Below are positions 24,770 through 36,590 of a stretch of 64,000 nucleotides of DNA, piece by piece; within the stretch, counting starts at the first letter, position 1, and each line of letters begins with the position of its first letter. The position numbers were made by a program, and so were the translations under genes. The notes under the pieces are model-generated. The model was not told the DNA's origin and did no database searches. It was given only the letters and a program-made list of their open reading frames with translations. The stretch is from Phoronis australis (lineage: Eukaryota; Animalia; Phoronida). The stretch spans positions 2,087,935-2,151,934 of the forward strand of contig NMRA01000004.1 in NCBI GenBank assembly GCA_002633005.1, written 5' to 3'.

Positions 24770-27700
24770 CTCCGGCAAAAACGAATAGGAAAAAATGAGC
24801 AATTTATAAAGTTAAGGATTTTTTTATTAATAATCAACGACTCAACACTTTTTTATTTTCTTCAAGTTTTGAGTCAAGTGTTACATTTTGTGCAATTAGA
24901 CAAGGGAAACAAAAAAGCTTTCTCCTTCAATTAGGAAACTGACCCATTATAACTACAAAAACATTGTACATCATGGAGACATTTGATAAATGAACGTAGC
25001 ACAGAGCTGCTTTGTGAGCTTTAAGTCCAGTTTTGTTTATTTGCTTACAGTAGTTCTTGCACAAAATGTGTACGGCACACAGAGTTTTTATGTATGAGTG
25101 ACAAATCGGACAATCCCTCTAATTAGATTTCTGTCACCATTCATTCAGAACACTTCGGGTATTTTCGTAGCATTAAATTCCCTCTCAGTGGTGAACGTCA
25201 TCTGCCCATGTGCAAACCTCAGTCATACCGCCAATCGCTCTCCAAGTTGAAAGTCGCATTTTAATACGGTATGACCGACGTGTTCCGGAGGGTCACGATG
25301 GGTCTTTTCGGGTACATATTCGTAGCCGCAAATTTGACGATACGAAAATAACCAAAACAATTTCTTGTCAGCGATCGCACTTCAAAAATGCCACACCGAC
25401 GCAACTCCAAAGTCAAACGGCAACAATCGGCAGGAAATCGTGTGCATATTGGCCGGGTATTCGCCAAAAGTCGGCAAGACGTTGACAAACTCCATGATCT
25501 GATCGGATTTTTTTACTTAGATCGATGGTACACCGATTGGTGATGCTTCCGGTGGTCTTTCGATTATTCTCATATGAGCCGAACATTTATTGGTTCGGCG
25601 TTTGGACCTTTGATTTAGCGTTGCAATTCAACGTTGCCCCTGTAAATAAAAGGTACAGAGCCAAAGGTTTTTTATGTACATTTTTGATCATTAAGTATAA
25701 GTCCTAAGGTAAAAGAATTCCGAGGCCATTGTATGAACTGTCTCCCGGTCGACACAATTTTCATACCTTGTGCTTCGTACAACTTGGTCACAACTTTCAC
25801 CGCCCCTCGTTCACACGGCAATTTCAGCTCCCAACTCGGTCGTCACATTTTTTTTCTCGCTCTCCAGGTTGTCGCGACTTCGACCTCACTTAGACCGTCA
25901 CTATTTTTGCCAAAGTTTTACAAGGCAGGGACATGTGGCCACCAGACGGGGCACTTATTTTTTTTGTAAGGGGCTCTAAGCAGGAACCAGTAACTCAAGT
26001 TGCTTTTTGGGTAATTTACATGTAGTGCTTTAGTTTAAACGCTGGTGCTGTCCTGCTGCTCATATTTGTTGTGTACAATCGCCATTAGGGCTAAAAATTT
26101 GGCAACTGTTAAGATATCGTCGGGAGCGTTGGTGATTTTTGTCACCAACTTCTCTCTATAGCAACTCAGCTGTCGGATGACAGAGCCACAGTTAGCTCGG
26201 AAACTGATCGGATCATCGTCAACATCGTTATATGACCTGGGCAAAGTTTCATCGATACAACTGATCCGATAAAAGCTCCCTTAGGAAGCATCAGAATAGA
26301 ACGGCAATCACTGAGGTCTGCCTAACATCGCCATATATATACATGTATATGTATGTAACCAAGGCATAACTCAGTATTGAAGATAAATTTACCAGGGCGT
26401 CGTCATGAGATCATACTTCAATAATATACCATAGGCAGTTAGTTTCGTACATAAAAACTCCACTTTAATGCAGTGAGGTCGCACTTAGGTGTCGTATTTC
26501 AATGAAATTGTCGATTCGACACTTACATGTACTACTTTATCAGCACCAGTTCACGTGACCAATAAGTCTCGGAAAATTGTCCCTGATAGGTAATGTTCTG
26601 CGTAATTGATATGTGAACACTCAATCATCCTTGCTAATTGCCTTGTCGATATTTTAATAGTTGAAACTCTGAGACTGACGAGTAAAGAAATTGGTACTCG
26701 GGATACACGTGTATTGTCCAATAGAGGACATGATGTCGACGATTCTCTCGAACGCTATACGACGGTTGCCTTGCATTGCTAAATCTGAAATGTGTTTTAA
26801 CGCTTGAAACAGTTTTAGTAATGGAATATTTAATGCCAACTTAAAAAGATTATCCACATAATATGTTATATTTTAGAAACATTCCCGATCACATGATAGT
26901 GCAGTCAACGACAATTCCATATCTACTCATACCCCAGTACTATGGAACACACATAAACATTGTACTAGTGGTTTCAAAAGTAATGTCACTCTGTTTCAAT
27001 TGCGCATGCATGTGGATTGCGTTCATGAATATTCATAAAAAACGACTTAAAGCGATATTTGAATTCTTCTCCTGCCATTTCTGAGTTACGAAAAACGTAA
27101 TCCTCTTCGCTCGGGATCGCAATTGATTCATAGCGTTCCTCCCGTGTCGTGTTTTTCTTAGAATTTGCCCTATCGTTACGATAAATGGTTAGCTTTTATA
27201 CTCTGAGCTTTAACATTTGAATAGACTAGCCCGTAATGTTGGATAGGTTGTGTACGTGATCTGGCACTTACCCGATGCACATAGTATGTTCGTTTTTCTC
27301 TAGAAACTTGCACTCCAATCATGCTGAGGTGGGTGTGATTTCAGACTTATCCGTTTAAATACGGTAGATATAAACATGTTTCCGATTGAAGACTTTCTGA
27401 TTCATTGAATCTTTCTGAACATTGACGAAAAGACATACACAAGGATGCAGTTTAAGGAATTTGCATGGACAAGAGACGCCCGCCTTGCACTCGTCTCTGA
27501 ATACGTGGCACTAAGCTATGACACGCAGAATAAGGTAGTTTCAAAAAGCAATGACAGCCGATCACGTGGAACCGGTGATCTTATCGCCACTGACTATACC
27601 AGGGGGTATTTTAGCTTCTTCGTCTCAGCGAGGGGCATAGGGGGAGCATTTGTATTCCGTGAAGAAAAAAGCAAGTTTCCAGTGTGCGTGAGTAGACACC

Positions 27701-28935
27701 TAGCGTTTTAAAGAAAGGTTACATTGCTCCATGTTCCTAAAGGCCTCTGGTACCCCGTCCCACGTTATGGGCCGCCTCGTTGTTACTAGAAAGTCTCCCA
27801 TTTCGTGTGTGGATATCATTGTCCATGCCTCCCACACATGCGCCAATATGCGAAACGTGAATATGAGATTGAAGTACATGTAGGTGACCTCGCTAAACAG
27901 CCTACCGGTACTTTCAGAACACTATTTTACGTCTATTTAAGTGACTTTTTGTGCATGTGACTCATTTCGTCATTTCTATGGCAGTATACATGTATGTATA
28001 CGTTAGAGGAATTCAAGGATCTTTGAAAACTTTCAATCATGAATTTTGTCATGCAGATGAAATACGCTATCCTTCAGCAGTATTACATTGTACCGACTTT
28101 TTCGCAGCACCGACTATAACGACGGTACATTGGCATTGCTGTGCACTGTATTGAATTTGTTGCCGTTTGACTTCATATCTGAAGGCAGTAAGACATATCT
28201 TTCTGTAGGCGTCGCAAAGCGCGTTTAGTTGATCGCGTCTCATCCAGCGATTCCCGTGAGCTACACATTAACAGTCATGTCCTGTGTTAAGTGAAAGGTT
28301 GTTTGTCACATGGGAACTCATCGCAACAATAAAAAGCCAAGTCTGCTGTTCATCGCTAGTTTGTGATTTTTACAGGCAAGGATTAAGCGACAACTGCGCA
28401 TGGCGTTCCTGTGGATTTCCGGGAAGTTTTGAGGTAAGTGTTTAAACTACATTTACTTCCAAAATCGGCATTATATACACTGTACGCTACGAGAGGTTAC
28501 GTGTATTCAGGTATGAACAAATCTAAGATCTTTACGGTACACAGGTATATGTTTCTCTGCTGTGTTACCGCCAATAGCGAGGGAGGCTGTTACTTAACAA
28601 ATGGAGTGTATGATGTGGTTTTTTACTTCTTCACTCAGTGACGCGTTCGGACATTAAATGATTGTATTTTAACTGGCCACTTCCACGTTGTTTACTCTCA
28701 TTGTAAATTCCAACATTGCAACAACAGCTCTTAGTTGGCCATGCTTTCACAAGATCAGACAACAGTTTTAATCGAGGTTTCTCCTGTATTCTATGATTGG
28801 AAATTTGTCCCATTTAGTTTGAAAGTTTAATGAATACAGGTTATTTCAAAGGAATTAATAACGAAGCAGTTAAATTGGCGAACAGTGCTCATCAAGCTTG
28901 ACCCGTGGAACGATTTCATACACGTTTGCATAATT

Positions 28936-29192
28936 CATGAGCGCACCCAGGTGATGCTCGGGGGGCACCAACGAGCCCCCCATTTCGGCGAATTTGACAA
29001 AAAAGGTCCGCGTCAGTGAAACAAAAAGTCAGAGTAAACGAGACAAAAGTCCACAAAGTCCACAGGAATTCGGCGCGGATGCACGGTTGGCAGGCCCCGT
29101 TTTCTTTTAGTGCTCGTTGATTTCATTCAGTAAATGGTCCGCATAACGAAGAATTCGAGCCCCCCTTATATTTTAGGCTGGGTGCGCGCTTG
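28936..29192. mobile_element. CA...TG MITE with GC-rich TIRs
   Basis: catgagcgcacccag / ctgggtgcgcgcttg; TAATT on both flanks. Confidence 0.6.
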
Positions 29193-31040
29193 TAATTTGT
29201 ACCTTAATCTGTAATAAAAGACTGACAACATCCGATAAGAGCTTTAAGACATTATGGAAAATAATACTCAAACGTCATTCACACATATATACAATGTACT
29301 ATGGACCAAAAGCTCATCTGCGGAGCGTAGAACCATTAGCGCTAAACACAACATGCAGAAATCGGCATTTATGAAATGTTTCATGTTCACACGAATGCGT
29401 CAGCGGTTCTTGTGTGTGTCTGCGTGCGGTTCGTCCACGTGGCAATGTAGCTAAAAAGTATGATGATGTGGATTGCGAGAATTACTCAGTGGTTCGTGCT
29501 GATAATTCAAGAGCTCGAAAAGTTATGTACAGTCTCGGATGAAATTTAAAGCGGCTGGCGCGCCGTCCAGCGACATAAATTTTGGGGAACCGATATCGGA
29601 AAGCGTAAAGGATGTTTTAGATATCTATTTTGTGGTGTGGCCTCAAGCGTGGTTCAGGAACCACGAGCAAAGCCTCAATAGAAATCTGCTCCCTCTTAGC
29701 GATAAACCTTCGTCTTCTACCCAAACGAAGCTTTTGCTTTGGGCAGTTTGCCGTCATATGCTCGATCTCGTGTTACTCAGAATGGAAATGATGTCTAAAC
29801 TTGAGAAGAACAGACAGTTTATTATGGCTTGAGGCCCATGTCACAAAAATTACTTGTCACGACGGGTTAGTTTCAGCCATCGAAGCTGCATCCTGGATTC
29901 CCATGGGTGTTATTGTATCCGACTCAAGTTAAGATTAGAACGTGGTAACGTTGCGTCGGAAGTGGAAATAAGCGAATGCAGAAAGCTGATTTGACAACAG
30001 ACCACGATGTAAGGCCGCTCGGCGATTACACTGTACATGTATACAGTGTATGCACCTGCCTAAAGCGCTCTTTCGACAGAGTGAGTGTCCTTCCATAACA
30101 GTTTTGCCTTGATGCAAATGCCATTAATGACTGGCGATTCAAATTAATTGGGCGTCTTCTGTCCGTCACTCTGCGTTCGTAATGTCGGAACACTGGGATT
30201 TTCCGAAAACAAAGAAATTGGTTACTGGTTATCGTCCAAGCCTCCCCGGAGAACTGCGGGAGGCAGCGCACGGTCTAATGGTCGGAAATGGCGTTGAAAC
30301 TTAACGCTTGTATTCGACGTCTCTAACTCGTGTCATACGTGGGGTTTCGTGGTCTCCATGGAAATATGTGTGAGAATAACCAGAGGATGTTACTGGAATC
30401 GAGCTATTCGGTTTTCAATTCTGGATTTCCGAGTACATTTATGCTGTATTATGCACGTCAACAACAGAATTAACAGTGAAAAGTTGCACTTAGCTGATGC
30501 TTAGATGTCAGTTTCGAGTTGTTAACCAAAACGCTTTGAAGTTTAACAACGTAGTTAGGCTCACGGGTTCTTAAAATGTTGCCAAATGAACCGACAACTC
30601 AAGTCATTGAGGAACAGGTAACGCGTGCATGCGTCATTTTTCAATACGCAGTTTTGGGTGGGCCAACCCCAATATACATGTATTCTGAAAAAAGTTTTTT
30701 GAGTCGTTGTCGTTGTCGAAAGCAGAATCCTATTGCAAGGATAGGCTAGAAATCTCTTTGCATACTTGCGAAACACTCGCTTTTCAGTCGTGAGTTTGCG
30801 AGGATTTGAAAGATCTTGCTTTTCTGGAAAGAAATTAGGCTTACGGAACCATCTCCTTCCTCGCGCTACCACGTGAACTATTCACAAGATTGTTGTTGAA
30901 AATCTACAATTTTGTTCCCGCTTAATTACCACCGTGTGTATACCTTTGCCACTCGAACATTGCCAGTGTTGAGTGAGCTATATGTATAAGCCCCCTCTGA
31001 GTTAAATGCATGCTTCTTCGCTGTGATGATCTCATGACAC

Positions 31041-31193
31041 CAGTATTCGAGATTCAGCAAATGTGCTGGTCCGCCGGGCCAGTTTCTTGAATACGAGACC
31101 ACATTCACATAGGGCCTATGTGTGAAAGTTTACTGGCCCGGCCGCAAATCCACTGGCGCCGGGTCACCGGGTCAGAGCGTATTTTGAACGATG
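31041..31193. mobile_element. hAT-like MITE
   Basis: Ends cagtattcgagatt / tattttgaacgatg, internal ctggcccgg-type motifs, degenerate 8-bp TSD catgacac / cgtaacac (6/8). Confidence 0.5.
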
Positions 31194-32726
31194 CGTAACA
31201 CAATAAGTAAAATACCACGAATCCCGGCTGCAAGGAAGCTTTATTAGCATCGATTCGGCGTTTGTATTCTGCAAAAATAGCATTAAAAGATAATCCAGCG
31301 CTGTCACAGCGTTGTGAAGAAGTCCATGCATTTCGGTGAGGAAAATTGGTATCGAGCTAATGGGTAGTTTGAACAGGTCCGTTCAGATGTTATCCCGCGT
31401 TGACGTTCATTAAGAGGTGACTGATTGCGATCTTAAATAGACTCGATGTCACAAGAGCTCTGATACATTAGAATGCCAGTAAACACTCATTTATATTGCA
31501 AAATAAAACATGTGCCTTTTTGCTAAGGAGTTAATGTACGAGGATAAGTAGTGGCAGACTACGTGGGCATCTACAGGTATATCAGGTCTACTGTGGACTT
31601 ACTATGAAGTGCCTAAGATTCGTATGCGAGTACCTTTTTTCCCCTAAACATTTGTATTCTACTATGCAGTATCTGATATTCTACGCATATAAATGGTCAT
31701 CTTTGCGAAAAAAGCACTTTTCGCGTAGGTATGGTCATTTTACGTAAAATAAGGGTGCTACGCTTCACGGATAATCATATCGGTGTCACTTAAGCCTACT
31801 CGTTTTGTCCAGACAAACCCGTTCGCGCAAGGCTAGACTTGACGATTCTCGCCAATTTTAATGAAGGGAATATATTGACGATGGTTCTATGTTTGAAAAA
31901 GGTCTATTTCAAATTACAAATCGGACAACAAATTTTATTAGGTTTAACTTTTTCCCAGGGATGGAATTCATCCAACGTATTTGAAGGGACACTGACACTA
32001 ACAAAATCCAGCCAGCAATAATTTTGACACCAAAATCGGTGGGAGCCACTCAGTAATTCTAGGATAAATTGAAGTCTTCTCCATCCTAATCCTGATGCAG
32101 TTTAGTGCTCATACAGGAACGTAGTAGGCCTACGTGAGGCGATGCACGTGTATGTACGGGCAGCACAACACTGCAAATATACGTATGATCCAGTGATCAT
32201 ATGAACGCGTAGAATGACCTATTTTACGAACAGAATTTAATGCGCAGACACTCGTCTAGAACCCTTTGGCGCTGAATACACGTAGACCCCTGTAAAAGTC
32301 GTCAATCAATGTCTCTAACCCTGCTGATCTGTGAACCATCACTGTTTTGCGCTGTGTTAACATAAATTAACTGTCACTTGGTCAGGGAATCGTTTTATCA
32401 AAAACAATGTTGTGTAATCTTCGTTAACCGGCTTCAAGTAAGGTATACTCTTTACATATCTGCAAGGGAGACGTTGTCCCGTGAAAGATTGCAGCGTCGA
32501 CAGCGTGGTGCGAAGTTAGTGTCAAACAAATGCTTCGTCTTTTGTGAAAAGAGTACAAAATGATGGCAAAGCCAAATTTGAGTGAATCATCTAAAACAGT
32601 GTATGGGGCTATTCGACGAATTCTCCTCGCGGTGTCGCTACTGTACTACTGGTGATTGAATTGCGCATGCGTCGCTGTCTGCATGTAAACAGATGGCAGA
32701 AAGACACAAAATACGTCGTGACGCTA

Positions 32727-33610
32727 GGCTTTGTTATTGCTATTTTCCCGGGTGCAAATCCTCGATAGGTGATCAAAATTCCAAAAAAACCTAAGGTTAC
32801 TACAGGCGTGGAGAACTGCGGTCAAAAGGGTCAACCAAGTGACAAAAAGCATGTCGATGCCGAAGCCTCAAGCCGTGTGTGCTGTATGCGTTTCCATTGA
32901 GAGACTAAATAACCACGTTACTTGGTAAGTTTTTAGCAGTTTGTTTCTGTCGACATCGTTTAGTGATGTTATCCCCATCAGTTTCCCCACTGAATAACGG
33001 GTTTATTCAGTTGAACTAAGTGTTTCTTTTCAGAAACTCACCCGGGACCCGGATGGTAGGCTAGCAGCACATTGTCCCGGGTGGGAGTGCTCCCAATATA
33101 AGAGGTGCACGAGAGGTGCCACTCAGAAGTCAAGAAGTCAAGGGTGTCTTTTTCACAGCGTTTACTCTTCAAAACCATGCTATGTGCAATAAAATTCTCG
33201 CATTTTATAGCGGATCAAACCCAGAGGCCTACCAGATTAGTTACCGAATTTACATGAATGGGCTATTCAATAAATTCATAACATTACATCGGAATAAATA
33301 TTGTCACCTAGAATAAATTTTAATTGTTGAGATAAGAAACACATTTTAGGTGTCATGAAAAATACACATTGCTAAATCACTTTTAGCCTGTTTCATATAT
33401 TTTCTGATCTTAAATAAGGCTTGGGTGCAAAGATTATTAGTTTCTACATATAAACATGAACATGAAATGTCAAGTGTGTTCTGCCTTATAAAAGTAGTTT
33501 TGTCTTGTGTTTTGTTTATAATTTACTATTATTTCTCTGACTATTATTTTACAGGTGAGAGAAGACGACTGAAACCATCCGCCTTACCGTCTATTTTACC
33601 TTTCGACAAA
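32727..33610 (+). pseudogene. THAP domain remnant of ISL2EU transposase, copy 2
   Basis: CYCYFPGCKS at ~32732; donor gtaagt at ~32924; ttacag acceptor then ERRRLKPSALPSILPF (also in the ORF track). Confidence 0.7.
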
Positions 33611-34149
33611 GTGAAAAGCAGTCCTACAGCAATAACTTGAGATAACTGAACGCGTCAATTCATAAAGTCAGCCCTTGACATCCCTGGTTGTGGATTCTGT
33701 TGCATTGGGAAAAATTACAATTGTTTTAACAGTGTTGTTCCGTTTTATATATGTGGTTGTTCAGTTTGCCAGTTCAGTTTTTTAAATACACTGATTATTG
33801 TTTATTCTCGAATCTTATGCATACCAGATTTTTGTCCAACTAGGCGTACGATTGAAAACATACTTTGCTTGCATATGGAACATTTGTTATAGACAAGTAA
33901 ACACATTCAGCTTGATAAAAAACCCACGACTGCACTGTATGGGGCTTTAAAACTGAAGAAATGTTGTGGTTTAAATAATTAGTGACATACTTGCCTGTTG
34001 ATGAATTTTTTTTCGATCATCAGAGTGTAACATTAACGGGTTTTCCACTGACAATAAGACAATCAATGCAGTCACTGAATGTCATTTTCGCATAATGTGT
34101 TACAAATTGAAAAGTTTTTGCCACTAGTATAAATCCTTTCTTCTGAACG

Positions 34150-36590
34150 GAAAAGTTAATTTCACTCAGTGAGAAAGGACAGGTATTTACACCAGATGCA
34201 TTTGGTTTTCATTTCACTGGGATTGAGTTTCAATGCCCTATAGAAGCGCTTGTAAAAAAGGTCCAGTTTTGGCTCGCGGCTTTCCTTCATGTAACCTCAT
34301 TCAGCCTTAATAAACTCCACAATTAGATCCTTGAAGGTAAAAAAAAACATATCACTTGACTCGCTTTGTGCCTAAAATCTGACTCTGAACTAGACCAGAG
34401 TGTAGCTTCAGTCCTTCATGTTTCTTCCAGGAAAGGAAACAAGCCATTGTTGTCCACACATGACTCATTGCCTGTGAAAGGGCATCCTCACCAATGAGGT
34501 TGGCTGGTATAGCAGCCAGATGTTTTTGGTTTTCATTTCACTGGAATCTAGCTTCAATGGCCTTGACTACGAACAATCTATATATACGCTTATAAAAAAG
34601 TCCAGTTTCGACACGTGCCTTTTCTTAATGCAACCTCATTCGGCCTCAGTAACACCCACAATTAGATCCTTGAAGGTAAACATAACAACATATCACTTGA
34701 CTCGGTTTGTGCCCAAATTCTGACCCTGAACCATACCAGAGTGCTAATACTGTAAGTCTTCTTTAGCTTCAGTTCCTCCTGTTTTTTTCAGGAAAGGAAC
34801 TAAGCCATTTTTGTCCACACATGACTCATTGCCTATGAAAGGGCTTTTTATCTCAACAGTGGCATCCTCACCAACGAGGCTGGCTTTTGGAGCGGTCAGA
34901 TATAGTGCCTCTTCATCCACAAACAATCAACTGGCACATTTCCTTAAGGTAACATAGTACTTTAATTCTCATTTACCCAGTGCCACTGGCGCGTCCATTG
35001 TGCCATGCAGCACTGCTGGTGTGTGGACATGCTGTCGGAAGAGAAGCGAGTAACAAAGCTGGTCTATGTTGCGGCTTCAAGTGGCCTTAAAAATGTCGCT
35101 GAACCTGGAACAAATATTTAAACATGATTACTTAAATAATTCTGGTTGGGCCTACAATTTCACACAAAATAAAATAATTACTATTTCCACAAAGGTAGGG
35201 TGTATGTAATAAGTGTTGTATAAGGATGTCTTTATTTTTCATACCTAGCAATAACAATTGTTTAAATGCAACACTTATAATTGTCTGCAAAATATGCAAG
35301 TTTTTAAGACAAGTTCAAAAGTGAGGCAAAAGTTTGTCACCCATTTTCAAGCCTTTTGAGTTTTGAAACTTTCAGCAACTTTAAACATCGATTACAGTTT
35401 CATGGGTTTGTCAGGCACATTTATGGTCTAAGGCTGAGGGAACCGTTTCACAGATTTTTTTTCTTCTAATGAAAGTTATGAAGACTTGGGTCGTTTAGAA
35501 AGTGATGGATAATCTTCCTGTTGTTTAAGAGTAATTAAATATCCTGAGGCACCATTGCTTGCGTATTGGTAGTAAGAATAATACACTGTACATGTATGTT
35601 CAAATACGACCTAACAGCAAAAATGCAATTTTCACAAAAATGACTGTCATATGAATTTGTTAACGACTTGCAACATTTCAAGGCATGAGTAAAGACTGTT
35701 CAGGCATTCAAAATTCAGAAAATGTATTATATTTTATGGGTTTACAATGGATAGCAAAACAGTTTCACGAAGGTTAAGAATTACCTCACCATGCTCTTTC
35801 CGTCGGACAATATTACCTGTTGTTTCCACACATTCACTTGCACCAAATTTTACAACCCCCCATGCCAACCTCCTGCTAAGGGCCTGAATAAGTAAATTCA
35901 CGAAACAACTTACCTTACATACATTTCTATAAAAATTGTTGTCTTCTTCAAAGGCTTTGTTCTTTGTTTTCGATATAGAAAGTAGGCTTTAACAACACTG
36001 GATAGGAAGATGCTGCTGGTTAGCTGCAGTCACATGTTTAAAACCAATTTCTGTCCATTCAGGGACGGTTGCAGAAGCGATGCATATCTTCTCTGCAAAG
36101 TACTAGCCCTCAAGGCTGAAAAACAGAGGTCAGGTGAAAACAGACAGGATATATTTCCATGTCAGCCTGTAATAGATTTCCGGACGCCATAAGAGTAGAC
36201 AAATGGTCTATTGGCTATTTGTCAGGAACCGTTGGACTTGAATTGTAATCTTACCTCACTATAACCAAAATAGAGTTGACAGCATACATGTAACTGTCAG
36301 TGATAAACTTGTTAGATATCATTAAAAACATTAATAATACTGAGACCACGAGCGCTACGTCATCGTAACACACATCACAACAAACAATGATGATTGACCC
36401 GTCTGGAGACTGCCGCGAAGTCGACATCAGCCACTACCTCAGCTAACAGGCATCTTAGTATTGTAAACCTGGAATAATCATTAAAAATAATCACAAACCT
36501 TGCCTTTCTTTAAAGTTATGCTTTCTCCCTTTCGTAGAAGTACCCTTTTCACGCAATTTCGGATTCAGTTGGCACTGCCACAAGCCATTT
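34150..36590 (-). pseudogene. SAP-domain plus YqaJ-like exonuclease gene remnant of ISL2EU, copy 2
   Basis: QLNPKLREKGTSTKGRKHNFKER (SAP-like) at ~36500-36575; LFVDEEALYLTAPKASLVGEDATVEIKSPF (decayed ASPDG...EIKCP motif) and QGQ motif at 34700-34930. Confidence 0.75.
34192..34900. repeat. Internal tandem duplication of the YqaJ C-terminal segment
   Basis: ccagatg..tttggttttcatttcactgg begins units at 34192 and 34516; single copy in element copy 1. Confidence 0.85.
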
